A stretch of DNA of 64,000 bases from Tubulanus polymorphus. Its lineage: Eukaryota > Animalia > Nemertea. The notes under the pieces are model-generated. The model was not told the origin of the DNA. It ran no database searches and saw only the letters and a list, made by a program, of their open reading frames with translations. Made by a program: the position numbers and the translations under genes. Location: contig NC_134030.1 of the NCBI RefSeq assembly GCF_964204645.1, positions 9,761,222 to 9,825,221 of the forward strand, written 5' to 3'. Of this stretch, positions 49,848 through 63,483 are shown one piece after another; position 1 is the first letter of the stretch, and every line of letters begins with the position of its first letter.

Positions 49848-51546
49848 TTAATTGATTGTCGAAGAACTACTTTCTCGCCTATTTGAGACGTTAATCAACG
49901 TGCTCTCCAGATTTTTCCATCGAGGATCGTCGACCATGTTCATTCGACTGATCGTTTTCGCCTCGTCCAACATTTTCTGTTTTCGGGCGTACAAAAGCCT
50001 GTTCAGGTTTTCGTTCGCTTTCACCATCATCCTCGACGGCAACGTCTTCGTCAAACGCACGATCACTTCGTCGTCGCATATAGGATGTCGTTTGTCGCGG
50101 ACCGTCGGATATCTTCTCGACGAAGATTCTCGGCTGCGAGGAATGTCGTGATCGACCTTCTCCTTTTCGAACGCGTCACATGTATCGCAACTATCGCCGA
50201 TCGAAGTATCTTTGAAAACGCCATCGTCGTGCAGCTGCGGTCGAAGGTCTCCAGCCCTTTCCCGGTCAGTTCTTTTGCTAGCGATCAACCATTCGTGAAT
50301 TTCTTTCGACATATCGGTTTCCGCGGTGTGAAAAACGTTGTCGCAATTTTCTTCGATTTTTTCATGCTCTGGCGGTGCCTGATTACTAGTTCCATTGTAC
50401 ATTTTTCCAACCCTACACCGACCGGCCTCTTTTTCTGGAATGGCTGGGAATTCGGCCGCTATTTGTATCTTAGTTAGGCTCGCCAAATCCTTCATGCTAC
50501 AGAACGATAACCGTCGCAACTTCGATAAAGGATCGTCTATTTCGCCGATGATTTCATCGTTACTTAAAGTCTCCCCGCGGGTGGTGGGAACGATATCCTT
50601 AGCGCGGTCATTGAATGCGGCCAGCTTTTTCTTTCTTTGAACTTGAAGCGAATTGGCGAATATCCCGAAAGCTTTTGTTTTGATCAACGGTAACCGGAAG
50701 CGATTTTGTCCAGCCCCGGCTGAATCTCTTTTCTCACAAATGGGTCGGTCCGGTGTCACGTCTGTAAGACACTCGACAGATTTATCACCTCTCCTATTTT
50801 CTATATCTTTCCAGATGTTACCTGTGGAGAAAAAAGAAAAAATACGACTCAAAAAGTAATACTTTTTGGAAATCGAACGAGTGTTTGAGAAATCTGTAGC
50901 CGGTATGCGAACTTTCGAACACTGTGGTATACACACGAAGAAAAAATACAAGTTGCTCGCATTCGTTTCCATTTTGTTTCTACAACCATATATTGTCGGG
51001 ATCAATCGCCAACTTAAAGAATATCCGTTAACTTGCCTGCAAATCTAAGTCTGAGATCTTGGTCGAATATTTGATTCATGAAGAATTGTCGTTGAAACCA
51101 GTTCATCGTGTTCTCGCGGCGCCTCTTTTCGATGCGAATCTGGCGCAGTTTTTTGTCGAGTTCCCTTTCTTGCCACGGGTTGCTGTTGAGGATAACGGTG
51201 GATATGGACGCCTTGCCGGCTGGCGTACGCTCCATGGGAACCTTGATTCCGCGCTCGAACGAGCCGGACAGCTCGGCCTCGAGGTCCGGTGATTCCAATA
51301 CACAGCGCTTTCTTTCTATTCGGTGTCTACCTGTAATAAGAATGTTTCTAGGAAATTGTTTTCGGATAGAAATGTCTCGATATTTGGGAACCCAAAATGC
51401 GAACAAAGTTGATCGTATGACATCTATGAAATTTTGTTGTACGAGTGACAGGGTGGAAAAAGTCATTTCAATTTATTTCTGCTCTGAAGTCAAAAAGGCT
51501 GAAAATACTGCTTCTTACCATTCAGGTAGGCTCCGAAAGCGGCCAT
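49848..51546 (-). CDS. Uncharacterised coiled-coil protein, 431 aa, 3 coding exons; likely ciliary/flagellar
   Basis: Exons 51519-51546 (MAAFGAYLN), 51037-51330 and 49848-50821 join in phase 1/1, the second intron being GC-AG. Coiled-coil-like NPWQERELDKKLRQIRIEKRRRENTMNWFQRQF; C-terminal DDPRWKNLESTL; minus-strand AATAAA at 49523-49528. Confidence 0.75.
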
Positions 51547-51721
51547 CGTTTTCAAAATTCGGCTTCGCGTCTGTTATCCTAAAATGAACGTTCGCACGCG
51601 ACGCGAGCCGTCGAAAAATCCGTCTGCGGCAATGACATTGCTCGACATGTTCATGTCAGTAACAGTTTACATCTACACCGGACGCGCAGACGTCACAAAC
51701 AATCAAACAATTTAACACAGC

Positions 51722-51736
51722 GTTACCCTAGGTAAC
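51722..51736. promoter_or_regulatory. RFX X-box
   Basis: GTTACC-CTA-GGTAAC matches GTNRCC-N(0-3)-RGYAAC, about 180 bp upstream of the ATG at 51546; forkhead-like ACAAACA/TCAAACA at about 51695-51709. Confidence 0.7.
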
Positions 51737-52264
51737 CACGTTACATATATGACCATTTAGTATACGTATGTATATATATATATAAGGTAAATGCATCCCA
51801 CCATCGATATTAATTGAAAAGTTTCGATTAATAATTGATTTGTAAGGGCGACGTTGTCGAAGAACCCATTGTTTTGTTGTACAGCCCGACGGTGAACTGC
51901 AGTACCGATCGAACAGCTCATGAAATGGAATCCCACCTGCCAGGTTTGCCGCTTGTAATCGTTCCAGGTTACTTCTGTTTTTCTCCTCGATATATCATTC
52001 TAGTTTCGGTGATATGTTGTGGGTCTCGCGATTCATAATGGAAAATAAGATTTATTCATTCTTTTCAGATATTTCAGAACCAGATTTTTTTCTCCATCTT
52101 GAAATAGGGATTGACCCAGTTATTCATTTGATTGGTATAGATTTCGTTTTGTTCTGCCAGGAGCGAAATAGGAAGTTGTATTTTTAAATTGGAAATTGAA
52201 GCACATATTGTATAGTTGTGTGATCTGCGGACGAATTCACATATCTTTTGTTTAAATCTGAGTA

Positions 52265-52552
52265 CAAAAACTAGTTCATTTTCGATAAATTTTGAAATTA
52301 ATTTTTAGACTCCCGAATCCATATGTTATCACAGCGCCCACCAAATACATACTTTATTCATTTTTCTCCTCAAATATGGGTATAATTTTCGTTATAAATC
52401 GATCCATTTAAGAGAAAAGTGCATTCAGTTTTAATTGAAATACAGAAGAAATCGAGCACCAAAGACCGCCGACTATCTACTAGCGAACCTGGTGGATCCT
52501 CGCCTGCCACACGTGGAATCCTCGATAGCCACGAGCACTACGGGTACCCCAT
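52265..52552 (+). mobile_element. GGGGTACC-TIR MITE copy (5'-truncated)
   Basis: ctagttcattttc...tagcgaacctggtggatcctcgcctgcc...gggtaccccatt. Confidence 0.75.
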
Positions 52553-54484
52553 TATTGTACCATACTTATCACAAGATGATAGAAGATAAGACGTTATTTT
52601 CATATCGATGATTATTTTTTTATTTTTACATTTTGTGTACAAAGTATCGTATTGAATTTACAAAATGAATACTCGAAGCATGATTACATCATTATTCATA
52701 CACGTTATTTATCAAAAAGCACATCTTATATCACACGTCATGCATGCACACTTTTACCACTTATACTTGGAAGGCTCGTAGTTTCACTAAATATATACAT
52801 AAACTCTATTTTCTGAATCCCCACTGGATCGTTATAAATACATAAATATTTCTTCAGTGATTTTGAGCGATTATAGGAAAACAAAGTTCGTTGATCTTAC
52901 AAAAATTTGACCCAAGCGCTGTTGTGAAAACATCCATTTTAATGACTAGTTCCATTTCAACGTTTGTAAATTTGATTTTGCTTTATAGTCTAAATTGTCG
53001 TCATAGGTAAACGGAAACAAATGCCACCAGAAGATATGCCACCGGAAAAAAACTGACTCAACTATGCAGCATAGAAATGCCAATTTTGCGTAGTAGCCGA
53101 AGAAGTGCCTTCGGGAAAATAAAATCATACTAAATTCAAGTTCATCTGCTACGCTACAATCTACAAGTTATGTGTCCTGTCAGTCAGTGGGATGTTTTGA
53201 TGCCGTAAAAACCGTTACAATAATGTTTATATACATTGATACCAAGTAGGCGTTAAGTAAAGGGTTCTGTGTGAGTCGACACGCACTACGTCATCAATAC
53301 TGGCCGTCATCAATACTACTTCAAAATAGCAATTACAATTGAGAATTTCTCGGTGTTTATGTTGTAATTGAATATATTTCATATCTCTTATCTCGAGTCG
53401 GGAAGATACACAACATCCGTGTAAGATGAATATACGAGAAAAATCCCACAATAAATCAAAGATGATTTTGGCTGAATATCTTATCTTATTTCCGATAAAT
53501 TCTAATAAGTATTTTTGAGAGGATGTGCAATGTACATCATTAATGTATCGAGGCTAGACTGATACATGTTATTGTTCAAGGCGTCAATAGACTTTAAAGT
53601 TGGTTTTCTTGTTAAAAACAGTAATGGCGGCCATAATATCCGACTGACATTATCACACAGACTGTGACAAACATAAAGATGACATGTCTATTGTTATTTC
53701 AAATGAAATTCATAATTAGTAGTCGATCATACTATGAACGTGTATAGAGTCTGCAAGTAGTCTGAAAGTAAACTGTACCATTTTCATATCGCAATTTGTT
53801 TGTAAATTGATGACAAAATCATTGGTACCAATTTTACGGTGGCATTTTCTCCCGGTAACATTTTTCGTCTTACCGATTCTAACTGAATGATTTTCTCTTC
53901 TAACTAAGCGATTTTGTATCGCTAGTAATTATCAGTGTCGGTATCCCTATAAATCGCTTGCAAATATCGAAATCTCGAAAGTAACGGCGTACGAACACGC
54001 ATCGTTGTTTTTTAGAGACTTGAAAAACGATTTTAAATTATGAAATTTGCAGAATATGCACGGAATGTTATCAGAAAAAAATACAAATTAAAAACATTAT
54101 CACTATTATTACCAAATGCGATGAAACTCGTATCAGCGTTCTGGGAAAGTTTATTTTCGAATTACTCTAGCAAATTGAGGATTGTTGCAGCAACCAAAAA
54201 GCACAATAATATCATAATGGTTTAAAATTCCAGCACTCAGTTCAACAGTTCTGAGTTCTGAGTAATTTGACTACAGTTACTAGCCGCGATCACACAGACA
54301 CAAAGCGAAGCGGATCATTTCCGGTTCCAGTTGCAATTTAAACGCAATCATTTGTCTGGTGCTAAAATTTTGCTCGGGCCTGGTCCGACCTTTTTGGTCG
54401 GGCCAAATTTGGTACCCGTGTGAACAGTTTTTCCGGGTCAAATTTGCTCGTGTTATCGCGGCTTCTATCTGCCCAGGGCGCTTG

Positions 54485-57400
54485 TTAAATCAACATTACG
54501 ACATTTACATCTGGCTCAATGCCTTCGTCAATTTTTGAATCGATTACGTTTCTCTGACGACCAGAATCATTTTCATTAAGTGTCAGGTTATTCAGTTCTT
54601 CGTATGGGCCACTTCTGGTTGAGTCGCCCCTTTGCACGGGATGTGTCGGTAGTTCGGACGCGTCCTCACTCGGCACGGGCGGTAACGCCGACGTCCGCCT
54701 ATCCGTACCGGAGACGCCCATTTTCGGGCGCCTTTTGCGTCCCGGTGAGTCTGATTTCCCGTTAATTTCGTCGGGCTTCAGGTAGTCGGACGACGCAGAC
54801 TCGCCGCCGGTAGCCGCCTGCTGGCCGTGCAAGTTGTGAATCTGCGAATACCGAGGCGGGCGCGGAGACTGGTCGTAGTCTACGTATAGAGGATCGTTCA
54901 CGTCCGGTGAGTCGCAACCACTGCTGCTGTCCGAACTGACGTCACGCGGTTCTAGATAATCCGGGTCGTATGCCTGACGTTTTAGATACGACGGTTGTTT
55001 GCCTTGGGGAGAGACGAGCGGACTCCTGCCGGGCAGCACTTGTCCCGGTACCGGTTTGAGTTTTTCGTATTTTCTTTCCTTAGCCGCTGCCTCTTCTAGC
55101 GAACTCAACGAAGTGTAATCCGTCTGTTGAGATATACCGTCACCTACGCGCGCGGTATGGATATCGGGACTGACGGAGGCGCCCTCTATTACTTGCAGAT
55201 ACGGCTGGTTGTGTATAGACGAACGAGGGGACGTAGAATTCGAATTCACGTCCGTGCTCCTCATGGAATCGTCGTGTTTCGCGTACGCGCCGTTCACTCG
55301 CCCGTTGGCGATAACGACCAGCGACGACTGACTGGTCCCTAAATCGGGCGCCATTTTCATATCACGTGGTACGCGTCTGAAGACGGTATAGTAGAATTTG
55401 TCGGATGTTCTCGTCAGGGCGATGAACCCTCCGAGAAACAGTGCGACGAGGAAAACGGTTACTACTATTCCAATTGTGAGATTTCGGGATGAATCGTCGG
55501 GCGAGCTTTGGCCAGACGGCCGTGACGTCATGACGAACATGGTCGTCTGGTAATCGTCGCCGATAGTTCGAAAAACCGAACACGATTCGTAATTGCAGAC
55601 GGGCAGTTTGATGCATATCGCGTAATACGTGTTCGGCGCCAATTCGAATAACGGGAACGTACGTCTTGCTACGTCGACGCCTCGCGCCACCGTTTCTACG
55701 GTACTTTTTCCAGCGTCGATGTTTCTCAAGTTGATATCCACGTCGGCGCCACCTATTGTACAATCCGAACGCCATTTGAGAACGGTACTGACGTTCGTGA
55801 TATTTGATGTGCTCAATTCGTACGGACGTAGGCGCTTGCAGTCGGCTGGGGACAGGGTTGGCAGAGTGGTCATTCTGGGCTCGGGTTCCGCCGACGGTGA
55901 GCTAATTGGTCCCGTTGTGGTTGCCAAGGAAGGGCAGAACTGCGACAGATCCGTAGATTGAACGTCGAATGGCCTTTCGTTTTTCGGCACGTAGCACGCG
56001 GCTGCTGCGGCAAAAATGATACTTCGACTAGCGAACGTATCCTTCAAATCGTTCAGCGTGCAATCGCACAAAAACTTATTTCCTTCGAGATTAATTTGCC
56101 ACAAACTCGACAAAGGTCGCACCACGCCCGGATTTATCGTGCTCAGTTCGTTGTTAGATAGGTCTATGCGCTGCAACGCTGTCAAGCCGTCGAACGCCCG
56201 AATGTCGATAGTTTTCGTACCCATCCGCGACAATGAAAACGTCACTAAACCAGTCAACGTGGTAAAATCGCTCGGCAACAGTTTGACGATCCTATTCCCC
56301 GATATATCCAAACTGCGCAAAGCACTCGACCCTTGAACCGATCTTATCAGCGATTTCGGGTCTATTTTGTTGTCGGAAAGGTCTAGCACGGATAGATGGC
56401 TACAGAATGAGAAAATGCCTCCGAGTAAAATTTTGATAGCGTTATGACTAATGACGAGTTCTTGTAGCCTAGGTGTACTGGACGTGCATAGGTCATCGGG
56501 TAATGTCGTGAGCGCGTTGAAGCTTACATCCAACGTGACTAGATATCGGAGTTTACCGACGAAATCTGGAAAACAATACAAAACATTCTAACGATTAACA
56601 TCTTAAAGTTGGTGAAAGGGACACTTGAATTTAATTTTGAACTCAAAACACTGCGATATCAGGCCCGTATCAACTGGGGGTAGCGAACGAACCCATAGAA
56701 TTTTTTAAGTGCCCTTCAAAAAGTCAGTATGAAAAAAATCGGGTCAAGAACTTTCGAAATTTGGATTAAACTTTTATGTTTTCTTTGGAAAACGAAAACT
56801 AATCAATTCTCAAATTATCTATTCAGGTAGTCCCGAAAAATCGCGTTTAGGATCCGTTCTTTTTTCGATAGGAAAAAGCCCCTTTTCGTTGTGAAAAAGG
56901 GCCCTTTTCTTGAGATAGAATTGCCCCTCAAAAAAGCTAGGCACCGGTCTGGATGTATCATAGCCGGCTTCTTTAACTCAAACGTTTTATTTATCTTTTT
57001 TTTTTCTCCTAGGTTAGTCTGAGCATACTTGGTATTTTTCACTGATCTCTGGTGGCTTTATCACCGTATTACGCCTAGAAACTTACCTAACGAAGGGATT
57101 GAGTTGTTGGACAAGTTTAACGCGACAACGTGTCCACCGATTCCAGCGGGGACGCTTGTCAGACGACGGCTACTGCAGTCTATCGTATTGTCCGTCGGGC
57201 ACACGCACTCGGGCGGACAGGCCGCCGAAGCCCGATGAGCGACAACTGTGTATGCGACGATCCACAATACTGTACAACTCGTCTGAAATTAAAAGAAACC
57301 TTATCAGAAACGTGTTAGAAACTCAATTGGATGTGTAGTATGTGTTGACGTGAATCGAAGTTTAAGCAATTCCTATAATTCCAAAGTGATGAGGAAATTC

Positions 57401-57976
57401 GAAATATTGTATACAGTAGACTTCGCTCAAGTCGGATCTTTTGGGACCGTAAAAATGTGTCCGACTTGAGCGATATCCGAGTTGGATGTTATGTATTTCA
57501 TAAATACAGTAAACCTCGCCTTGCTCGGACGTGGCCAACTCGGATTTTCGACGAACTCTAACGTGAACCTCGCCCTTTACTAACTTCCAAACTCATTTTC
57601 CTATCCTCAACTCTGACGGTTTGAACGGTTATCCGAGTTGGTCGGATCCGACTCGGGCGGAGAGTCTACTGTATACCAGTAGACTCCGTATGATCATTGA
57701 TGATAACAACCATGTATAGGAATTTGAAATGCATTTGGTATCAACATCTACTTTCGAGCGATGTTACTGATTGACCCAGGAACATGTAGAACAACGACGC
57801 TCAGAAATCTTGACTGTATGAATTTCATTCCGTAACCGTACTATGTAATTTGTTAAAAAGTATTAACTGTTCGTGTGATTATATGCATCATGGTTTACGA
57901 AAAAGAAAAAGGAAATAAAAAATAAAAAGTCATCGATAAAGATACGTAGAATAGTCCAATACATATGTATTACCAT
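54485..57976 (-). CDS. Leucine-rich repeat, fibronectin type III, single-pass transmembrane protein (FLRT/LRRN/ELFN-like architecture), ~759 aa
   Basis: Exons 57974-57976 (ATG only), 57087-57282 (signal peptide, LRRNT CPPECVC, first LRR) and 54485-56565. About 8 LRRs, LRRCT GNKFLCDC...CYVP...C, FN3 (VLKW...LAPNTYYAICI), TM IGIVVTVFLVALFLGGFIAL, about 300-aa tail. Candidate minus-strand AATAAA at 52619-52624. Confidence 0.88.
57414..57671. mobile_element. Tc1/mariner-type MITE (CAGTAGACT TIRs, TA target duplication)
   Basis: ta|cagtagacttcgctcaagtcggatc ... gatccgactcgggcggagagtctactg|ta. Confidence 0.75.
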
Positions 57977-58540
57977 TTTTGGATTGCAGTGTCACATTGA
58001 AATCGCTCGTTCTATACACCTACCAGCCTTCAAAGAAGGTCAAACAAATATTGGATTTATCATTCGTCAACCGGTACTAATTAAACGCCCTTATTACCGT
58101 ATTACCAACATTCGCAAAGCAAATATATATATATATATATATACTTATAGAAAAATGTATCAAAATGTCGGAAGCTGGAAAAGGTCAACGACAATCAACG
58201 CTTCCTGTCGTTAACGATTAAATGGGTGACTAGAAATACAACGAAGCAAAGTAATTGTTTCTATGTTCTAATAAGAAAAGTGTATCCATTTTAAGTTTTT
58301 GCCACGACGTTCACGTTGCGCATTTTTTGTATCAATCATGAACGTTTTCGGGAGATCGAAATCTGAGACCACAGTCGCACAGTCTATGAAAGGTATCTAT
58401 ATACAGATTAACGTTATCCTGGGACTAGACATCGATCTATTATCTAATGTCGACAAAATGGGATTTCTGCTACTGAATAACAGTTGTGTCACAATTAGTG
58501 TATGTGGATTTATATCAGCTGCAATGAAACTTCACAATTC

Positions 58541-58998
58541 AATAGGGAAGTTTCCAGTTACCAGGCGCCATTTGAGGCGGTCCCACAGGTCCCGCATTGT
58601 TTGACAGATTTAAACTTTTTTTGAACTAAAACCTCTACCGCAATAAATTGTCGTCCATCCCCCTGTAAGCACAATATTTAGTGAGAAAGGTGACAATTTC
58701 TATTTTCCGATGGTGTTTATTCCATTTTTCTCGGTTGCAACAATCGAGCATAGTTACAGTTTAAAAAGATACGACACTTTTAAAAGGCGCCTCAAAAAAA
58801 TGGTTATTTTTTGTCATTCGCTGTCATTTTTTGAGATACAATTTAGAATTTTTCACGGAAGATATAGTTTTATCTAAGGATTTTGTTGATACTGCACTCG
58901 TAAAAATATCTTCTTAAAAACGCGTGTGGCCACCGGTTGACCGCGGGACCTGTGGAACCGCCTCGAAATGGCGCCTGGTAACTGGAAACTTCCCTATT
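58541..58998. mobile_element. MITE with about 55-bp terminal inverted repeats
   Basis: aatagggaagtttccagttaccaggcgccattt..gaggcgg..ccacaggtcccgc and its reverse complement at about 58943-58998; related end at 63731-63782. Confidence 0.85.
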
Positions 58999-59516
58999 TT
59001 ATCCATTTACTACGCTACTTTAAACTTAAAATCGGAATTAGTTGTATATGTCACATGTTTGTTGTGTAACTTGTAAAGTGTGTCTTGCAAGCCGGCCTTA
59101 TTATAGGCGGTAATAAGATTACACAATACAATGATCCAACAACCAAAATCTGTTATCCTGACATTTCGGAAAAAAATCCCTCCCAAATATACACTAATCT
59201 ATACAACTTTCAATCAACAAACAACATCGTGAAGGATTTTATATAGAATTATATTGAAGAATCTATAGGTTTAGTGGTACCGTTCTGTGACTTCAATTTG
59301 AGCCATTCCAGATTCATCAGAAGCTTTTATTTACCGAATAAAATGATAGCAAAATAGTAGAAAGTTACATCATACAAATATTGACGAACCGATCCAAATA
59401 TAAGCACAAAGAATAGCGGAAATAATTGCAAAACGCTAATAGAAAATGTAATCTTTTCCGCACAAACTGAATATGTTATGATTACATATATTGCTAAAAA
59501 GGTATGTCGATCGAAC

Positions 59517-59660
59517 CTTTATGTAAATGCAAAACAAAATAATATTATTCCATTCGCTTGTTATTATTTTTACTGTATTTATTCAACGCTGAGTCAGCCG
59601 TCGTTCGCGTATTGGTGCAGCCGGAAGTGTTGATTCACGTGCAGCGCTGTGGAGTGCGCG
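59517..59660 (-). promoter_or_regulatory. Probable promoter/first non-coding exon of the LRR receptor gene
   Basis: CpG-rich patch with ETS/GABP site CCGGAAGTG (59621-59629), AP-1-like TGAGTCA (59590-59596) and a possible donor aag|gttcga near 59517. Confidence 0.35.
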
Positions 59661-60233
59661 AGATAACACAAGACTATTTTTCGGAAATGTGCCCTTCAAA
59701 ATCGACGATATCAATTCGTGATACGATAGATTTTTCGCGACACGAGCACAGGAAACGTCGTCTCGACCGAAATGAAAGAATGTCACCAGGGCCGTTGCGG
59801 CGGCGGTGGCAGTGGCACTTATATTCAAATATTGACGACGGACAATTCCTTGAAATATGCCGAATATTTGCCTATATCACACACTAAACAAGAAGGACTT
59901 GTCATTTTTTCTGCCTGATTGTATACCAAGAATAGGCTGACATTCATTTGATATCTATTCATATTTCTATATTTATATAAATAGATAAACGTCCGTTTAC
60001 TATATTTCGGTTAGTGTCATTTAATTTAATAGGATGAATACGAAGTGAGACGATTGATTGGGATGACGCCTTGGCCAAATTATCACGAACTCATTTGATT
60101 GATAAAAACGAATGATAGTATATCTTTCTGATGCACTTTACTTAAAATGAAAAATATCAATAAATCGACCAATAGGAATTAATCGGGAAAATAGTCATAA
60201 CGTATTCGCAATACTAAGCTTATAAATCACATC

Positions 60234-60392
60234 TATGGTGGCTGATTCGGGACAGGTCAATAGCCACCATACTATGGTGGCTGATTCGGGACATGTCAAT
60301 ATTTTTTTCATCCTCCACGAAAACGCGCAGAAACAAATATACCCGCGCAAAAACGCATATTTAGTTTTTGCGGATTAAAATCAGCCACCATA
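60234..60392. mobile_element. Small MITE with tandemly duplicated left end
   Basis: tatggtggctgattcgggacaNgtcaata twice (39-bp period); right end aatcagccaccata. Confidence 0.55.
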
Positions 60393-63300
60393 CATATCAT
60401 ATCATCATATCATTCTCAAAAAAGAATTTTATACTGATATGGCGTCATTTTATGATATTAGATTTGTTTATCAATTGTTATAAACAAAGGCAAACTGCCG
60501 GGTAGCAAATAATGCATATTTGTACCGTGATAATATCCTTCTTTATGAGGCCTGCCTTGAAACTCACACCGCAGATAACTCATAACTCATTATCTTAAGA
60601 GTCAAGCGGAAATTTCTAGACTCCTCATGTCGAAAGAGGCTACACACAACTTTATAAATTAATCATGTCAGGAGGTCAGAAAATATCTGGACTAATCTCG
60701 AATGTTGAAAAAATGGCGAACGCGTTTTGGCAGGAAGCAGATAGAATAGTGACACTTGACCCTCGATAAACCGTTAAACTATAGAATGTATTTACGCGGA
60801 AATTATGCGTATAATTTTCGCTGGAGAGCGCATTACGTCAAAGCGACATTTTCGACAAAAATAGTGGCCGATGCCTCAAACGCGGAAAATATTCTTTTAA
60901 CTATTCCCCGCTGGTTCAGGTTTGTTTACCAATGCCAATTTGTTAACCTTCTATCACGCCAAACGTTCTTATGAAGAGAATTATTCATTTTACAAAACTA
61001 TACCGTAGAACTGTCGGTTATAGTACAACTTTAACCATTTTAGCTCAAACTCTTTTATACGACCCGATGACAGTGAATCGACTTGTATCATTAAAAAGGT
61101 ACACCTCATTGGTTTCATAGATGCTATAAAGGCTAAACAAAAATGATACCTTGCGTCTCCGCCGGGTCATTTTTGTGAAATACAATAAGATTTGTCAGTC
61201 CATTTCTATAGCTGCCGGGTCTCTTATGGCAAAATTGATCACGATGTTGAAAAACCGTAACATACAGGGTAGATAGGCGACCGGCCGGGCCAAATTTTAA
61301 GCTCAGCAGAGCGGAGAAACAAGGTATCAATTCTTTAGGCTAAGCATTAATGTATAAGCCAAAACTTCTTTAAGTGTAGTAATGCGTATTTTTCGAGAGA
61401 TTTATATCGTCGAAAAGAAAAGGATGACCGATGACGTTACTTCCAACGAACGTGAATTAAACCAACATTTTATTTAACAAAGGCGAATCAAGCGTTCAAA
61501 CTGCATTTTTAACTTTTGACTAAATCTATTTCTTCATAAAAGCAACACGAATCCACCTGAAAGATCGTACGCGTATGATATCGTTCACGCGTAATTTTCC
61601 ATAACAATGGGATCACCAATATCACGCCGTCGTATTCATAAGTGAATTTCGTAAATATATATTTGTTTAAAACAACTAGACTCGATCTATTTTTTGATAA
61701 AAGGAACACCAATTCACCTGAAAAACTTATGATCTTGTTCACGTTGATTTTTTCATGACACAATGAGATCACCGCTGGAGTTTGGAAAGTTTACAATAAA
61801 CTTCATTACAAGCATATGTCAACGTGCGTGAAATCTAAGATGGTATTATATCATCATATCGTATTTTAGCGGATTTCGTAAATATATTTATCTATTCAAA
61901 ACAAGGAGTATATACGTTTTTCGTTAATTATTAACGAAATGCGTCTATAATCCTCATTACATATTAGATGTATTCATGTTCTTTTTTATGATAAGGGGTG
62001 TATACGTATGTTTCCTAAAAGAAGGTACTCACTTTAAATTCCATTACGGTTTTCACAAATTTTCGAATCAATCGTTAATATATTCTAGCCCGAACTAACA
62101 TCCGATATGTGTATATGCACACGATGTACGTTAATAATAATGAGAATATTGGTCCAGCGTTATCAGTCAGAATATATCTGTGTCACCTGTGTTATTATCG
62201 CTAAATACACACGAATACTCAATGTTTACCTCTGACCAAACCGGCGCTTTAAATCAGAGAATCGCTGACACCGGCGCGATACCGGGAAGTCATAAGTAAT
62301 GAAAATTCCACGGTTACCCCCGCGTGTATAATATACGTAAACCACTCGCCGCCCGATCGGGGCATGTATCACAGGTGCGTCTATGGGTCTATAATATGTA
62401 CGCTCTTCCAGCCGGCCCGGTGTAGACACTGGAAAAAAACACTCCGCAATATATCGACTATACCCCTCTACGGATACGCGGTGTCAAGTGGCCTGGGCTT
62501 CCTAGAAAATAATGCAAGAGTACAAGCACGCACACATACCGGCGAGGCGCTGAAGCACCCTTGAAACAAAACACAAATTGCTCGTGCATCACCTACCCAA
62601 ATCTAACCCGCCATTGTTTGGTTAGTAACACGATGAACGTGGAAAATATGGTAATAATCTTCTTCGTATGATATTGCGTACGGACGATCGAACGTTCATT
62701 TGTGTTGTCATCACACTTATAATCTGCCCGCCAGAATTCTGCAAAAATCATCAAAATCAAAAGGGTAAAATTCAAAATACTCAGTTGATAAGAAAAATTT
62801 GTTTTTATTGTTTTTACTGACTGCGTGTACCAGAGCTCGCGTGCGACAGCGATACGCCACTGACATTAAGGTTCTCGGTGAAGTACAAAGGGGAAGGTTG
62901 GACAGAACAGACCCCTTAATTTTGAATAGGTGTAGCATGTGCCTCGCAAATGTACCGGCCTCCCTTCGATTTTCGAGGCAGAAAAACTCCGAACCTTCAC
63001 ATTTTCAAAGAAGCCATCTCAACTACACAATGCTATGTTGCGCCATTGTGTATGACGAAAAGGCGTATCGAAGATGTCAGCACTATCTGGTTGGTAGAAT
63101 AGAGAAATTCCGTTTTGCCACGCGGGTCCATTTTGCCCCGCATCTTTCTCTGAATCCGCATCGGACGAGATCCAAAAGACAGCTAGCCTCAATAGATCAA
63201 GACAATCAATCCACATTAGTCCGGACGCAAATAGTTAGAAGCGTTTCTTTGTGAAAATAAAAAGAACTCGCCTGTCAGTATATGCTAGTAATTGTTTCCG

Positions 63301-63483
63301 ACCATTCGATTCGAACGCTTCCAGTTTTGTCCCAGAAAGGATAAAGATTTGAAATCTAGTGAGCTAAAATCTAGGGAAGTTTATCCTTTCTTTACTTTCT
63401 TTAGGAATTAGGAAACCCATGTTTACTGGCCGCGTGCTTGCATTGTTCAAGCATTGAAAACGACAACCCCAATAAATGAGTTA

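Noticed and set aside
50822-51005. N-terminal part of ORF 49848-51005 (and 51331-51466 of the next ORF)
   Set aside because: Intronic read-through ending in pyrimidine-rich acceptors.
62226-63254. Short ORFs and possible exons near the right end
   Set aside because: No recognisable domain and no consistent splice chain; part overlaps repeats.
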